This document shows, piece after piece, positions 10,179-21,139 of a stretch of 64,000 bases of DNA. The DNA lies in assembly GCA_963745235.1 (NCBI GenBank), contig CAVUXE010000059.1, positions 1-64,000 of the forward strand. Direction: 5' to 3'. Below the pieces are notes generated by a model. That model was not told where the DNA came from and did no database searches. It saw only the letters and a program-made list of their open reading frames with translations. This DNA is from an uncultured Spirochaetota bacterium. GTDB taxonomy: Bacteria > Spirochaetota > Spirochaetia > SZUA-6 > Fen-1364. Within the stretch, counting starts at the first letter, position 1, and each line of letters begins with the position of its first letter. A program made the translations under genes and the position numbers.

Positions 10179-10637
10179 ATGGACACAGTGAAGGAAGTGC
10201 TGGCAGCCAAGGGCGGGAGCGTCTTCAGCGTTCGACCGGGCGCGACGGTCTTCGAGGCCCTGGAGGTCATGGCTGACAAAGGTGTGGGCGCTGTCCTGGT
10301 GGTCGACGAGTCAGGCAAGCTGGTCGGCATTTTCTCCGAACGCGACTACGCAAGGAAGCTCGAGATACGCGGGAAGAACGCCCGCGCCACGTTTGTGCGG
10401 GACGTCATGACCTCCGAGATGCTCGGCGTGGAGCCCACGACAACCGTGCGGGAATGCATGTCATTGATGACCGCGCGACGCATACGCCACCTTCCCGTTC
10501 TGGAAAAGGGTCAACTGGTGGGAATGATCTCCATTGGCGATGTCGTCAAGACGATCATCACCGAGCAGGAGCTCATGATCTCGCAGCAGGCCTACATGAT
10601 CGGCCAGTACGAGCGCTCTCTGGCAGGCGGGCCCTGA
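10179..10637 (+). CDS. CBS-domain (tandem pair) protein
   Basis: GIFSERDY, RHLPV, ISIGDVVK; AAGGAG RBS. Confidence 0.9.
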   Translation: MDTVKEVLAAKGGSVFSVRPGATVFEALEVMADKGVGAVLVVDESGKLVGIFSERDYARKLEIRGKNARATFVRDVMTSEMLGVEPTTTVRECMSLMTARRIRHLPVLEKGQLVGMISIGDVVKTIITEQELMISQQAYMIGQYERSLAGGP

Positions 10638-10651
10638 ACCGGGGCGCGTTC

Positions 10652-11509
10652 CTATTCCCCGAACACTTCCTCCAGGGCCGCCCTCATCACGCGGGGATCA
10701 GGATCGATACCCGTCCAGAGCTTGACCCCGATCACTCCCTGGTTGACCAGCATCCCGAGGCCGTCGATCACCCGGCATCCGATCTGCTCGGCGCTGTGGA
10801 TGAGCCGCGTGCGGGGCGGGTTGGGTATGACATCGGCCACCACCACCTGCGGCCGCAGGGTCTGGAAGTCAATGGGCAGCTCGGCACCCACGTCCGGGTA
10901 CAGGCCGATGGAGGTGGCGTTGATGACCACGTCGACCGATGCCGGCACTTTGAATCGCCCCTCCCACGGCAGGGAGCTCACCTTCACTCGTGTCCGCTCT
11001 GCAAGCAGCGCGGAAAGCTCGTCTCCGCGGTCCTTTCCGCGGTTGACCACCGTGATTCGGGCAACACCGGCCAGGGCGAGCTCCACCCCGATTGCGCGCG
11101 CGGCGCCGCCGGCGCCGAAGAGCAGGACGTTCTTTTCCCGGGGGTCGATGATTTCCCTGAGCGACTTCAGAAAGCCCTTGCCGTCCGTGTTCTCTCCGAC
11201 GAACCTGCTGCCCCGCCGCACGACGCAGTTGACCGCCCCCATCAGCCGCGCTGACTCGGCTATCTCATCCAGGAGCGGGATGACGGCGACCTTGTGCGGG
11301 ATTGTGCAGTTGAAGCCGGCAAAGCCGAGCGCCCGCGCGCCCCTGACGGCATCCGCGAGGTCCGCCGGGTCCACCTCCAGGGTCAGGTAGCGCCACGCCA
11401 GCCCGTGGTGGCGGAATGCCGCCTCCACCATGACCTGCGTCGGGTTCTCCGCGACCGGCTTGCCGAAGACGGCGGTGATCTCCTGCTTGAAGCTCAACGT
11501 TCTTTTCAT
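10652..11509 (-). CDS. aroE: Shikimate dehydrogenase
   Basis: GFNCTIPHK, GAVNC, ENTDGKG, GAGGAARA, INATSIG, GLGMLVNQ. The listed 715-aa ORF is an artefactual fusion with the upstream gene. Confidence 0.9.
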   Translation of the reverse strand: MKRTLSFKQEITAVFGKPVAENPTQVMVEAAFRHHGLAWRYLTLEVDPADLADAVRGARALGFAGFNCTIPHKVAVIPLLDEIAESARLMGAVNCVVRRGSRFVGENTDGKGFLKSLREIIDPREKNVLLFGAGGAARAIGVELALAGVARITVVNRGKDRGDELSALLAERTRVKVSSLPWEGRFKVPASVDVVINATSIGLYPDVGAELPIDFQTLRPQVVVADVIPNPPRTRLIHSAEQIGCRVIDGLGMLVNQGVIGVKLWTGIDPDPRVMRAALEEVFGE

Positions 11510-11523
11510 GGGTATCTGTTTTT

Positions 11524-13613
11524 CTACCTCCCCTCGGCGACCCGCAGGGGAACAAGGTAAGCGCCCGGGTCCGGGACGGGCTTCCCGTCCTGCAGGACGC
11601 TCACGCGCTCCTGGGAGCCCGCGGAAGCGGCGAACTTTCCGTCCGGGCAGGATGAGGGCCCAGCCGCCGTCGGTGAACAACGAAAGCTCCGCCATGCTCT
11701 CCCCGTGCTCCGCGTCGATCAGGCTCACCGAGGAATCGCGATTGAGCGAATACAGGATCCCGGCGCCGCAGAAGAGCCCGACGGTTCCGCGCGCGGAGGC
11801 GGGGAGCGCCTTCAGCATTCCCTGCTTCCACCGGGATATTGTCTCCCGCCCAAGGCTCGAGTAAAGGGCTCCCGAATCGCGGTCAAAACAGAGGCTTGCT
11901 GACAGATGCTCCCCGGGGGAGCTTTCGATGACAGACTGGCTCTGGTAGTCCGTGCCCGAGTTCGCCACCAGGTTCGTGGTCCCGTCGGCATCGACTCCCA
12001 GGGAGAACAACGTGCCCGTCCGCGCATCGTACGTGACGTCATAGGTGTAGCGGTTTGCGGTCGAAATGGGGTCTGTCTCCCCGGTGTCGATCGAGATCCT
12101 TACAAGAGATCCAGGATCCGCATCCCCCGGCAGACCTCCCACCACGACCGAGTTGCCCGCGGCCAGTGTCGCCCCCATGGCCCCGGGCCGAAGGGCCTGC
12201 GCTCGCGTGGCGCCCCCGGGGATATCGATGATCCTCAGGGTCCCGTCCTTCGAAAGCAACAGGCATTTCCGGCCGTCAGAAGCTGCCTGGATGACAGGAC
12301 CAGCCAGCGCCCCGCCGGAGGCCAGGGCACGGAAGGTCCCCGTTTGCAGGTCGAGAATCGAACAGTTCCCTGGACCGTCCCCGGTCTGCCATACGAGCAT
12401 CGACCCGTCATCGAGGAAGGTCAGGTCAACGGGCGCCTTGAACGGGTTGTCCATGCGCAGGGACCCGATTGAGTCCGCGCCGCCGGCCCCCTGGCGGGCA
12501 GCGTCGGGAAGTCCCGTTGTGAACACCTGTATCCACGAGCTGGTTGCAAGCGCCACCGCGCTGCCTCTCACGGCCATGCCCGTAATGAGGGCCCGCTCGT
12601 CCCCGGGGAAGCTCAGTGAGGTCCCCTCCCTCGCAAGGGAAGCAATCTCTCCGCTGCTCGAGCCCAGGATGAGAGCCCCCGGGACATAGTGGAGAACCGA
12701 GGGCTGCTGCAAAGCAGCCTGGAGATCATCTCTTTGCGTGAGTGAGCCTTGTCCCATGTCCCAGCGGGAAAGGACTCCATCCTGCCCCAAGCATGCCACT
12801 TCGTTCCCGGAAAGGGGATATGTCCATGGAGGTCACGCCGGGGACCGGGACGCGGGCCCGCACTTTGCCGCTTGTCACGTCGATGAGGCACAGCTCGCTG
12901 TCCGTGCTCCCGACAAGGGAGCTCAGGTCTGGAGAAAGCCTGATGTGGGCAAGGAGCGGGACGCTCTGCAGGCTTTCAAGCAGCTTCCCGGACGCCAGGT
13001 CCCAGTACGAGATGAGGCCGGTCATGCGGTATGTCATCAGGATCTTTTCGCTTTTCGAGAAAGTCGCAAAGCCGACCATCCCGCCTTCCGTGTGAAACGC
13101 CACCGGGGTGCCATCCGATGCGTTGACAATGCGCAGGCTTTCCCAGCGGGGGAGGCCGTACAGCAGGTATCTCCCGGATGCGGAGTACCGAAGAAAGAGG
13201 GGCTGATCGTCAAGCGGGATCCTGAAGAGGCGCTCTCCCTTCTGCCAGTCCCACACATCAACGGAGAAGCTCTGAAATGAATCGGTGGACAGGACGGCGA
13301 ACCGGGTCCCTTCCGGGCTCACCGCTATCATTGCCGCCTGAAGGCCTGTTACCGTGAGGCTCTTCACCAGGGACCGCGTGGCCGCGTCCCAGATCTTCAC
13401 CGTGCCATCTGAACCGCCGGTGAAAAGGAGGCCTCGTGCCTCGTCGCTGGCAATCGCGAGGACGGCGCCCCGGTGGCCCGAGATCACAACGGCCCGGGTC
13501 GACGGGTGATCCGCGACGCCGCCTGACCAGCCGGCCCAGCCGGGGAAAAGAGCAAGCCACAGGACGGCAGCCGGCAGCAGCAACGCTCGCACCCGAGGGA
13601 TCGACTTCTTCAT
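11524..13613 (-). CDS. Exported WD40/beta-propeller repeat protein (frameshifts near 12800 and 11645)
   Basis: Signal peptide; GHRGAV...TGGSDGTVKIWD, DVWDW, SYWDL and SRWD repeats. The reconstructed C-terminus ends at TAG 11524. Confidence 0.75.
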
Positions 13614-13999
13614 CGGAACAGCTTGAAAAACCTCGCCAGCGCGGACTCCCGGTGGCCGTCCTTCTCTACTGCCGGGACGCCGTCCGCGGCGCCGGGCGCA
13701 GGCACCTGATCAGCCTGCTCCGTCCTTCCCTCCGCGGCCGCCACCTTGCGTTCGCGCTCCTCCACCTCCCGGTGCCTTTTTGCCAGGCGCTCACGGGAGC
13801 TGCGATGCATGTACTGCCCGACGTAGAGGAAGAGGGAGTAGACGACGCCGAGGGCAAAACTGAGCATTGCAACGGCCACCACGGGGATCTTCTCGAACCG
13901 GGCGCCGAACAGGTTGATGGGCGTGGTGGGGCCGAGGTTCATGACAATCAGGACACAGAGGAGAACGAGCAGGACCACGCTGAAAATGACTCGTCCCAT
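13610..13999 (-). CDS. Small membrane protein, LapA/DUF1049-like
   Basis: Two TM helices around N....INLFG followed by a charged tail. Confidence 0.6.
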   Translation of the reverse strand: MGRVIFSVVLLVLLCVLIVMNLGPTTPINLFGARFEKIPVVAVAMLSFALGVVYSLFLYVGQYMHRSSRERLAKRHREVEERERKVAAAEGRTEQADQVPAPGAADGVPAVEKDGHRESALARFFKLFR

Positions 14000-14006
14000 A
14001 TTCGGC

Positions 14007-16568
14007 CTACCGTCGCGCCGCGAGAAATGCCTTGAGCTTGCGGTCCTCCAGGATGGTGTGGGTCAGCACCCAGTCCTTCAGGAAATCACGCACGTTCTCG
14101 TGGTTGGTTTCCTCCAGGAGCCCCTTCTGGTCATCCAGCCGCTTGATCTGCGCGAGCATTTTCTCATGCTCCGCCCGGTGATGGTTCAGCTCCGGGAAAC
14201 CCCGCCTCTTCATGAGGTTTTCCTGCGCCGCGAAGAGCCTGCTGCCTTCCTTCTCCACCTCGCTTTGAAGCTCCCGGCACGTCCCCGGCTTTCCTGGCTT
14301 CTCAAGGCAGTCCGCCAGGTCCCGCACCACCGCGAACAGTCGCTTCTGCCGGTCATCGGTCCTGGCTCCAATGGAATAGTCCTCGGTCCATTCGAGCTTT
14401 GCATGCGTCCGAAACCAGAAGAGGCGTTTGCGGAAGGTCTCCATGAGCTTCCACTGCACGATCGGGATATCTTTCAGGACCTCTCCTGCGATCAGGAAGT
14501 AGGAGCTTTCCCGTTCGGCCCTCGCATCGAAGATGCTCGGCGCTCGTTCCAGGACCGTCACCTCTCCCCAGAAATCCCCGGGCCGCAGGGACTCGAAGTC
14601 CTCTCCGCGAGTTGAAAGCGAGATTCTTCCTCTCTCCAGTATGGCAAGAGATTCTCCCGTGACAGGGACGGGGTCCCCCGCGCCCGCCGTCTTCCTGCTC
14701 ATGGCCTGCGCGATCCTGTTAGCCACGGTGAACGACACCATCTCTCCGAAGAGCCACGTGGACTGGAGGAAGTGGCGGTTCTCACGGACCCGCAGGATGG
14801 AGTCCCGCAGGCCGTTGCGTTCCACGAAGTCCGCGTACAGGTCTCGGGGGATGCGCAGCGCGGTCACGAAGCTGCGTGCCCGGTAGGTTCGCCGCGCGGC
14901 GTCTCCGGTGAGGGCTGTCATCTCCCCGATGAGGGCCCCGCTGGTCAGCATGAAGGAGGTGGTGCCGTCCGATGCGACTGAGTCCGCGACCCCGTCAAGG
15001 ATCACGTACAGGGCATCGATCTGCGAGCCAGACCTGACCATTGTCGTCCCGGCCCGGAAAGGAACGGCAGGGCTGCCGGCCAGGATGGCCACCTCCTCCC
15101 GCGGCACGGCGGGGAAACACGCGGCAAGGAAGCGCGTGGCCGCGGCAAGCGTATGCAGGGCCTCGGAGGCAGGGATGAGCACATCCTGCGATCCGAAGGG
15201 GGCGCTCATGCCGATTTCTCTTTCCCTGCCCGAGAGGGGTCCCGTCTTGTGACTGAGGTACTTGATGCGTGAAGAATCTCCCCGAAAATCCTCCGCGTTT
15301 CCGTGGATCAGGCCGCCTCCCGCGTCGATCTTCTTCACGTCCACGGGTGAGAGCAGCGCGGAGGTGTAGGACTCATAATGAGCGGGGGAAAGGGGCATGC
15401 CTCTGAGGTTCCCGAAATCGATGATGTCCGCCAGGTGCGCATACGTCTTGTGCTCCCCCTGCCACGGCGCGCGGAAGAAGAGCACCGTTGTCTCCACCGG
15501 ATGCGGCGAGTACACCGGTTTGACCTCCAGCCCGTCGATGCTGTTCCACTGGCCGGGAGCAAGGTCGTTGATCTCGAAGTAGGTGCCAAACTCCCCGGGT
15601 CGGATGCCCATGATGGCCGCAAGCTTCTTTTCCGCGCTGGCGCGGACGTACGGGGTGGCATAGTATTTCAAGCGGCGGTCCATGTGGATGAGGGAGGTGA
15701 ACCCCGCGAAGTGATCGTCATGGACGTGGGTCTGGAAAATCCCTTCCAGGTCGTTCACGTTGACTCCGAGGGCCACGAGTGATGCGCGGATGTTCGGCCC
15801 CGCGTCAATGAGGTAGAGCTTGCCCTTGAAGCAGATGATGCTCCCCATGCAGGGCTTGTCGATGTTCCAGCCATCCCCCTCTCCCACGTGGATCACCGAA
15901 AAATACTCACGGCTGATGCGGGCGGGGCTCAAGGAGTAGGTCGGGCCGTACTCCTGGTCGGGCCCCAGGTTCAGGTCAACGTCCACCGACTCTCCGCGGT
16001 GGCGTATCTGGAACCTGTTGATCCCACGCCGTCGGACGGTGACACCCGGAACAATCTCCGCTGCCTGCTTGCCGATCACCCGCATGTCCAGGAGCTCCTC
16101 GGTGCGCAGGATCCTGTCGAATGCGAAGCGCAGCTTGATTCGCATCATCTCCTGCGCCTCCGCCTCTCCAACCCCCGCCTCCCGCAGCTCCTCCAGGGAG
16201 GCCAGCCCATAGTTGCCTCGGAAGATGTATTCACTCTGTGACCGCACCTGGTCTTCCGCTCCCATCAGAAGAGGCTTGCGTCCAGTGTTGTTGGGGTGGC
16301 CCGGGAGAAGCATTCCCTGGCGGTAGAGCATCTGCAGGACGGGGAACTCAGCCAGGTTGGCGATGCTTCCTCGCTGGAGCGGCGTATCGGACAGAAGAAT
16401 GGCGTTCGGCCCTGTCTCAAAGGAAACACCACCGTTCTTGACGGGGGAAATGAGACCCCGCTTCATGAGGTGCTTCACACTGTCCGCCGGGCAGCCGCAC
16501 TGGATTCGAAGGTCCGCCTCGGGAATCGAGACCCAGAGGAGGCCGTTTGCGACTTCTCTTTTTTCCAT
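14007..16568 (-). CDS. Metallo-beta-lactamase-fold hydrolase fused to two cNMP-binding domains and a C-terminal hemerythrin-like domain
   Basis: LIDAGP, THVHDDH, HPVET; LYVILDG..GALIGE and GDFWGE (cNMP); W.EDYSIG, HRAEH, DWVLTH..ED (hemerythrin). Confidence 0.8.
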   Translation of the reverse strand: MEKREVANGLLWVSIPEADLRIQCGCPADSVKHLMKRGLISPVKNGGVSFETGPNAILLSDTPLQRGSIANLAEFPVLQMLYRQGMLLPGHPNNTGRKPLLMGAEDQVRSQSEYIFRGNYGLASLEELREAGVGEAEAQEMMRIKLRFAFDRILRTEELLDMRVIGKQAAEIVPGVTVRRRGINRFQIRHRGESVDVDLNLGPDQEYGPTYSLSPARISREYFSVIHVGEGDGWNIDKPCMGSIICFKGKLYLIDAGPNIRASLVALGVNVNDLEGIFQTHVHDDHFAGFTSLIHMDRRLKYYATPYVRASAEKKLAAIMGIRPGEFGTYFEINDLAPGQWNSIDGLEVKPVYSPHPVETTVLFFRAPWQGEHKTYAHLADIIDFGNLRGMPLSPAHYESYTSALLSPVDVKKIDAGGGLIHGNAEDFRGDSSRIKYLSHKTGPLSGREREIGMSAPFGSQDVLIPASEALHTLAAATRFLAACFPAVPREEVAILAGSPAVPFRAGTTMVRSGSQIDALYVILDGVADSVASDGTTSFMLTSGALIGEMTALTGDAARRTYRARSFVTALRIPRDLYADFVERNGLRDSILRVRENRHFLQSTWLFGEMVSFTVANRIAQAMSRKTAGAGDPVPVTGESLAILERGRISLSTRGEDFESLRPGDFWGEVTVLERAPSIFDARAERESSYFLIAGEVLKDIPIVQWKLMETFRKRLFWFRTHAKLEWTEDYSIGARTDDRQKRLFAVVRDLADCLEKPGKPGTCRELQSEVEKEGSRLFAAQENLMKRRGFPELNHHRAEHEKMLAQIKRLDDQKGLLEETNHENVRDFLKDWVLTHTILEDRKLKAFLAARR

Positions 16569-16619
16569 TCTGAATCAAATATACGTCCGGCAAGGGGCGC
16601 ATGTCACATCTCTTGTTTT

Positions 16620-17852
16620 TCAATCCACGCGCGCGCTCAGGGCCCGGGGAATGCCGAGCCGGGCGGCCCGTCTCGTTGGGAGCAGCGCGCCCGTAAGGGC
16701 GCTCGCCAGGCTGACGGCGCTTGCAAGGAGGAAGTCGGACAACCGATAATCGCCGGTAAAGCGGTGGCCGAACGGTATGGGCATTTCCAGGGGGGTGCTC
16801 GAGAAGTCAACGCCGACCGCCCCCATGTACCACGCGAACAACCCGCCAAGGACGCAGCCAACGACGGCCGCGGCGAGAGCGATTGAGGCCGCCTCCGCCA
16901 GAAAAAGCAGGGACAGTTGCGAGCGACGGATTCCGATGGCCCGCAACGTGCCAATTTCCCGCGTGCGCTCGTGAACTGCCATGGACATCGAGTTCACGAT
17001 TCCGATGACCACAAGCAGGAAAATGACGACGAAAATGATCCAGAACCCCCCCGCGTCGGCGGAGGTGGCTGACACGATGACCGGGGCAAACCTTCGCCAC
17101 GGGTACGCAGTGTCACCGGTTCCGCGCAGGAGGCCGCTCACGGAGGCAAGAGCGGAAGACTCCGAGACTCCGGCTTTCAGGCGGACCACAAGGCGCGTCG
17201 CCGCGCCCGGGATCCCAAGGAGCTGGCGGGCTGTGGCCAGGTCTACAAGGATGAGGTTCTCATCCAGAGACGTCAACCCGAAGCGGAAGATGCCGGAAAC
17301 AGGAAGCTCCACGAAGTTTTCGACGGAGTAGCGGTCTATCGCGGAAAGGGCTACAAGCTGGCCGACCTTCACGCCAAGCTTCCTCGCGAGGGGCTCGCCA
17401 ATGAGGAGGCCTTGCCCCCCTGACGGGATCCAGGCGCCCTGACGGACGAACAGGGGCGTGGTCGTCACCCGCGCCTCGGCCGCGGGATCCACGGCCCTGC
17501 CCAGGACGCGGACCGAGCCCGCCGCCGATCCAACCGTCGCGCTGAAGTCGACTCGGGGAGCGACCGCCATTACAAAAGGCTCCCCGGCAATCCTCTCTGC
17601 CACGGCCGCCGCATCCGGGATGGAAAGATCAAGGGGAAGTCGGCGTTCCTGATCCAGGTACCCGCGCCGGAGGACCTGGAGGTCGCCCGTTTCCAGCTTC
17701 TTCACCCCTTCGTAGATTGTCGTGGAGTAGCCGCGAATCCACCCCAGGCCGATGATCATGACGGCGACGCCAAGCCCGAGAGCGATGATGTTGAGCGCGC
17801 TGCGTCGGGGATTCCGCGTGATGTTTCGAAGCCCCATCGTGAACAGCCCCAT
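16620..17852 (-). CDS. ABC transporter permease, FtsX/LolE-like
   Basis: RNPRRS N-terminus, large periplasmic loop, ERTREIGTLRAIG; start MGLFTMG overlaps the upstream stop. Confidence 0.85.
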   Translation of the reverse strand: MGLFTMGLRNITRNPRRSALNIIALGLGVAVMIIGLGWIRGYSTTIYEGVKKLETGDLQVLRRGYLDQERRLPLDLSIPDAAAVAERIAGEPFVMAVAPRVDFSATVGSAAGSVRVLGRAVDPAAEARVTTTPLFVRQGAWIPSGGQGLLIGEPLARKLGVKVGQLVALSAIDRYSVENFVELPVSGIFRFGLTSLDENLILVDLATARQLLGIPGAATRLVVRLKAGVSESSALASVSGLLRGTGDTAYPWRRFAPVIVSATSADAGGFWIIFVVIFLLVVIGIVNSMSMAVHERTREIGTLRAIGIRRSQLSLLFLAEAASIALAAAVVGCVLGGLFAWYMGAVGVDFSSTPLEMPIPFGHRFTGDYRLSDFLLASAVSLASALTGALLPTRRAARLGIPRALSARVD

Positions 17853-17853
17853 C

Positions 17854-19095
17854 TCAGGCTCCCTGCTCGAGGGACTCGAGCAATCGCATGCGCACACTCA
17901 CCGACGCTCCGTACAGGTAGCCCAACGCGGCTATGAGGATGCCGGCGGCGAAGACCGTCAGCGCGCTTTTGGTGGTCACGACGAAGTAATAGGCAGCGGA
18001 GGTGCCCAGCACCTGGGAGAAGGCTCCGATCTCGAGGCCATGCACCTGGAGGTACAGGGCCAGAGGCAGTCCGACGGCCATTCCGAGCAAACTGCCTGCG
18101 AGACCCAGCACGAGGCCCTCTTCCATGAGGATCCAGAAAAGCTGGCGCCGCTTCAGCCCGATGGCCCTGAGAGTCCCGAAGGTCGGGATGCGTTCGAATA
18201 TGGTCATCAGGATGCTGCTTGTGATCACGGTGGCTGCAACCAGCGCAATGATCACGTCGATCACGGTCGCGTAGATGCTGCCGAGGTTGATGAGCGAGAC
18301 CAGCCCGCTCTGGATGTCGCGCCAGCTCTGCAGAACGGGCTTCTCATGGGAAAAAAGCGCGGAGAGATCCCGCGCAACCGTGGCCGCCTCGTCCGGGTTC
18401 TTGAGCGTGAGACGGAGCTCCGAAGCGCTGTGAGAGATGTCCAGGAGCCCCTGCGCTTCGCCAAGGTCGATGAAGAAGGAGTCCTCATCCGTCTGCTCGA
18501 CTCCCGTGGAGAAGATCCCTGTGACCCGGTAGCCCAGGTAGTAGGGGCTGCCGCTGGAGTCTTGCACCAGCACGATGACCTGATCCCCGAGCCCCAATCC
18601 GAGCAGCCGCGCGATGTCGGACGAGATGGCGACGCCACGGCTCCCCGGCATCGCGCCCGCCGGAAGAAACGAGCCTGCGAGCATGTTCTTCCGCACGTTG
18701 GCAAAGAACCCGGTAGTCGGTTGGACGGCCTGGCCGACCATGGCAACGTTTCTGTCGCCGTTGACCAGGAGAGCGCCGAACTGCAGCATCGGCTCTATCC
18801 CGGCGAGCCGTGGCGCCACGGTGAGGTCCCTTTCGATTCTGCGAATCATCCCTTGCGGGTCGCGCAGGAGATACGAGATCGAGTACGGATCCAGCCGATC
18901 CTGCCATCCCGCGGCATGGATCTGCAGGTGACCCGTCCCTTGAAGGAGGTTCTCGAAGAACGACACGCGCAGTCCGCCCAGCATCCCCTCCACGAAGACC
19001 ATGACCATGACGGACAGCGCAACGGAGGCCGCGATCACCGCGCTCCGGCGTGGGTGGCTGAGAATACTCAGGACGGCGAGCCGCAGGAAGAACAT
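17854..19095 (-). CDS. ABC transporter permease, FtsX/LolC-like
   Basis: HPRRS, TGHLQI, ERIPTFGTLRAIG. Confidence 0.85.
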   Translation of the reverse strand: MFFLRLAVLSILSHPRRSAVIAASVALSVMVMVFVEGMLGGLRVSFFENLLQGTGHLQIHAAGWQDRLDPYSISYLLRDPQGMIRRIERDLTVAPRLAGIEPMLQFGALLVNGDRNVAMVGQAVQPTTGFFANVRKNMLAGSFLPAGAMPGSRGVAISSDIARLLGLGLGDQVIVLVQDSSGSPYYLGYRVTGIFSTGVEQTDEDSFFIDLGEAQGLLDISHSASELRLTLKNPDEAATVARDLSALFSHEKPVLQSWRDIQSGLVSLINLGSIYATVIDVIIALVAATVITSSILMTIFERIPTFGTLRAIGLKRRQLFWILMEEGLVLGLAGSLLGMAVGLPLALYLQVHGLEIGAFSQVLGTSAAYYFVVTTKSALTVFAAGILIAALGYLYGASVSVRMRLLESLEQGA

Positions 19096-19781
19096 CAGGA
19101 GGCCTCCGGGCCGTTTTCCAGCTGACCGTCTTTGAGCCTGATCAGCCTGCTGGCAAACCTGAGGATTGCCGGATTGTGGGTGGAGAAGATGAAGGTCACC
19201 CCTTCATGCTCGTTCAGGCCCTTGATGACCTGGAGGACGTCATTTCCCGTTGCGCTGTCCAGGTTCGCAGTCGGTTCGTCTGCAATCACGATATCAGGAT
19301 GGTTGACCAGCGCGCGGGCAATCGCGACTCTCTGGCGCTGGCCACCGGAGAGCTCGCCGGGCTTGTGCCTGCGAAAGCGCGCAAGGCCGACGGTCTCGAT
19401 GAGCGCGTCTGCCGAGCGCCTTCGTCCGCCTGCCGCAACCCTTGCGAGCACCATCGGAAGCTCCACGTTTTCGCGCACGGACAGCACGGGCACAAGGTTG
19501 AAGGTCTGGAAGATGAAGCCGATGCGGTGCAGCCTGATGTCCGCAAGCTCGGCATCGGAGAGGACGCTCACGTCGCTTCCTCCGAAGAGGACCTTCCCGC
19601 GCGTCGGGCCGTCAATGCAGCCCATCATGTTCAGGAGCGTCGTCTTCCCGCAGCCCGAAGGGCCGACAATTGAAAGAAGCTCTCCCGGCTCGACGGAAAG
19701 AGACACTCCCCGGATTGCGTTGATGATGGTGTCGCCAAGCCTGTAGTCCTTTGCGGCATTCTGAAGCTCAATGAGCGGCAT
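19095..19781 (-). CDS. ABC transporter ATP-binding protein, LolD/MacB-like
   Basis: GPSGCGKT, LSGGQRQRVAIARAL, ADEPTANLD. Confidence 0.95.
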   Translation of the reverse strand: MPLIELQNAAKDYRLGDTIINAIRGVSLSVEPGELLSIVGPSGCGKTTLLNMMGCIDGPTRGKVLFGGSDVSVLSDAELADIRLHRIGFIFQTFNLVPVLSVRENVELPMVLARVAAGGRRRSADALIETVGLARFRRHKPGELSGGQRQRVAIARALVNHPDIVIADEPTANLDSATGNDVLQVIKGLNEHEGVTFIFSTHNPAILRFASRLIRLKDGQLENGPEAS

Positions 19782-19789
19782 CGCACCTC

Positions 19790-21135
19790 CTAGAAGTGAA
19801 CAACCACGCCGGCGCTGGCGGCGAGCCGCAGGGGCGAGCTGCCGAACTCAGTGCCGCTGTCCTGCCCCCACGCGGTGATGGCGCGGGCAAACACGTCTAT
19901 TCCCTCCAGGCTTGTCCAGCGAAGCTCTGCCTGGAGCGCCAGGCTCAGGTCCTGGAGGTTGATGAGGAACGCGGCGTCTGCAGAGAAAAGCCTGCTCAGC
20001 GAACCGTTGACCGAGATTGCCCCGTAGTGCTGGCCGAGGGAAGGGATCACCTCCCCGCTTTCAAACCAGGCGCTTTGCGCCACGGATCCCAGGAGCGTCC
20101 CTGACAGAGACCCGGGGCCCGGTGCAGCGGACAAGGCGGAAAGGAGATTACCGAGGAATTGGGCCGCCTGCGACGGATCGTATCCCGTGCTGTCATAGAG
20201 GTACTCGACGGTCGCTGTCACAGAGGCTGTATCCGTTGCGGCTGTCCGCTGCAGCCCGAATGTAGCGATTGGGAATGCCCTGCCGAAGCCGGGGCTTGCA
20301 TACGTTCCCCCGGTTGCGGGTAGAGGTCACTGTTGAGCAGCTCCACGGCGAGCGCTCCGTCCACGATGAACCCCAGGACATCGAGGGAAAAGTCGACCGT
20401 GGGCCGCAGCACTCTTTGCCATTGCCATGTGACCCCGGCGTGCAGGTCCAGGTCTCCCACGAAGTCTTCGACGTACACGGCGTACCGCAGTCCCAGCCAG
20501 GGAATGGCCGTCGAGGGCAGGTAGGGAGCGAGGAAGGGAAGCGACGTGGCGATGCTGGCTGCAGTGGGCCAGGCAAGGCCGGGAAGCTGCGCAAGGCCGG
20601 CAAACGCCGTGTCAAAGCGGACACTCGCTGTGATGCTCAGCGAGGCCGAGGGAGAAAGGGAGGTCGTGATGCCATAGAAGCCTTCTGAGCGGTTCTGGGG
20701 GTTTACCGGCGGATTGATCCTGTCTCCGGGAAAGAAAGCGTACCCGGTTCCCCAGGAAATCCTCTGCTTGCCCAGAACCAGGGTCAGCGCCGGGATGGGG
20801 GTGACCGATACGTACGCCTGAAGGAGATCGTTCTGCGCTGAGCCTCCGTCGGACCCCTGCCACCAGAGAACTGAATCTGCCACAGAGAGCTGCCCGCGGT
20901 CGAAGGTAAGCCGCTCGTTCAGGTCCAATTCCGCCTGGCCGGTCATCAGCTCGGAATCAGCGCCCAGCCCGATGGCCCCGGCGAGCGCAGGGTCCCGCGC
21001 GGAAAGGAAATCCTGGCCGAATATCTGCAGGTCTCCGAAAAGCATCTGGTTCTGTGCAGCCGCAGGAGGCAGGGCGAGCACCGTCATCAGGATTGCCGCG
21101 CCAGCGCCGACCACTGTTGCAACGGAGCGCTCCAT
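19790..21135 (-). CDS. Exported protein, putative outer-membrane beta-barrel (frameshift near 20270)
   Basis: Signal peptide, GKQRISWG motif, amphipathic strands, terminal Phe; split over two frames. Confidence 0.6.
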
Positions 21136-21139
21136 TCCG

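Noticed and set aside
10652-12799. Apparent 715-aa beta-propeller-AroE fusion
   Set aside because: It arises from a frameshift near 11645. The propeller has a natural stop at 11524 and aroE has its own ATG at 11509.
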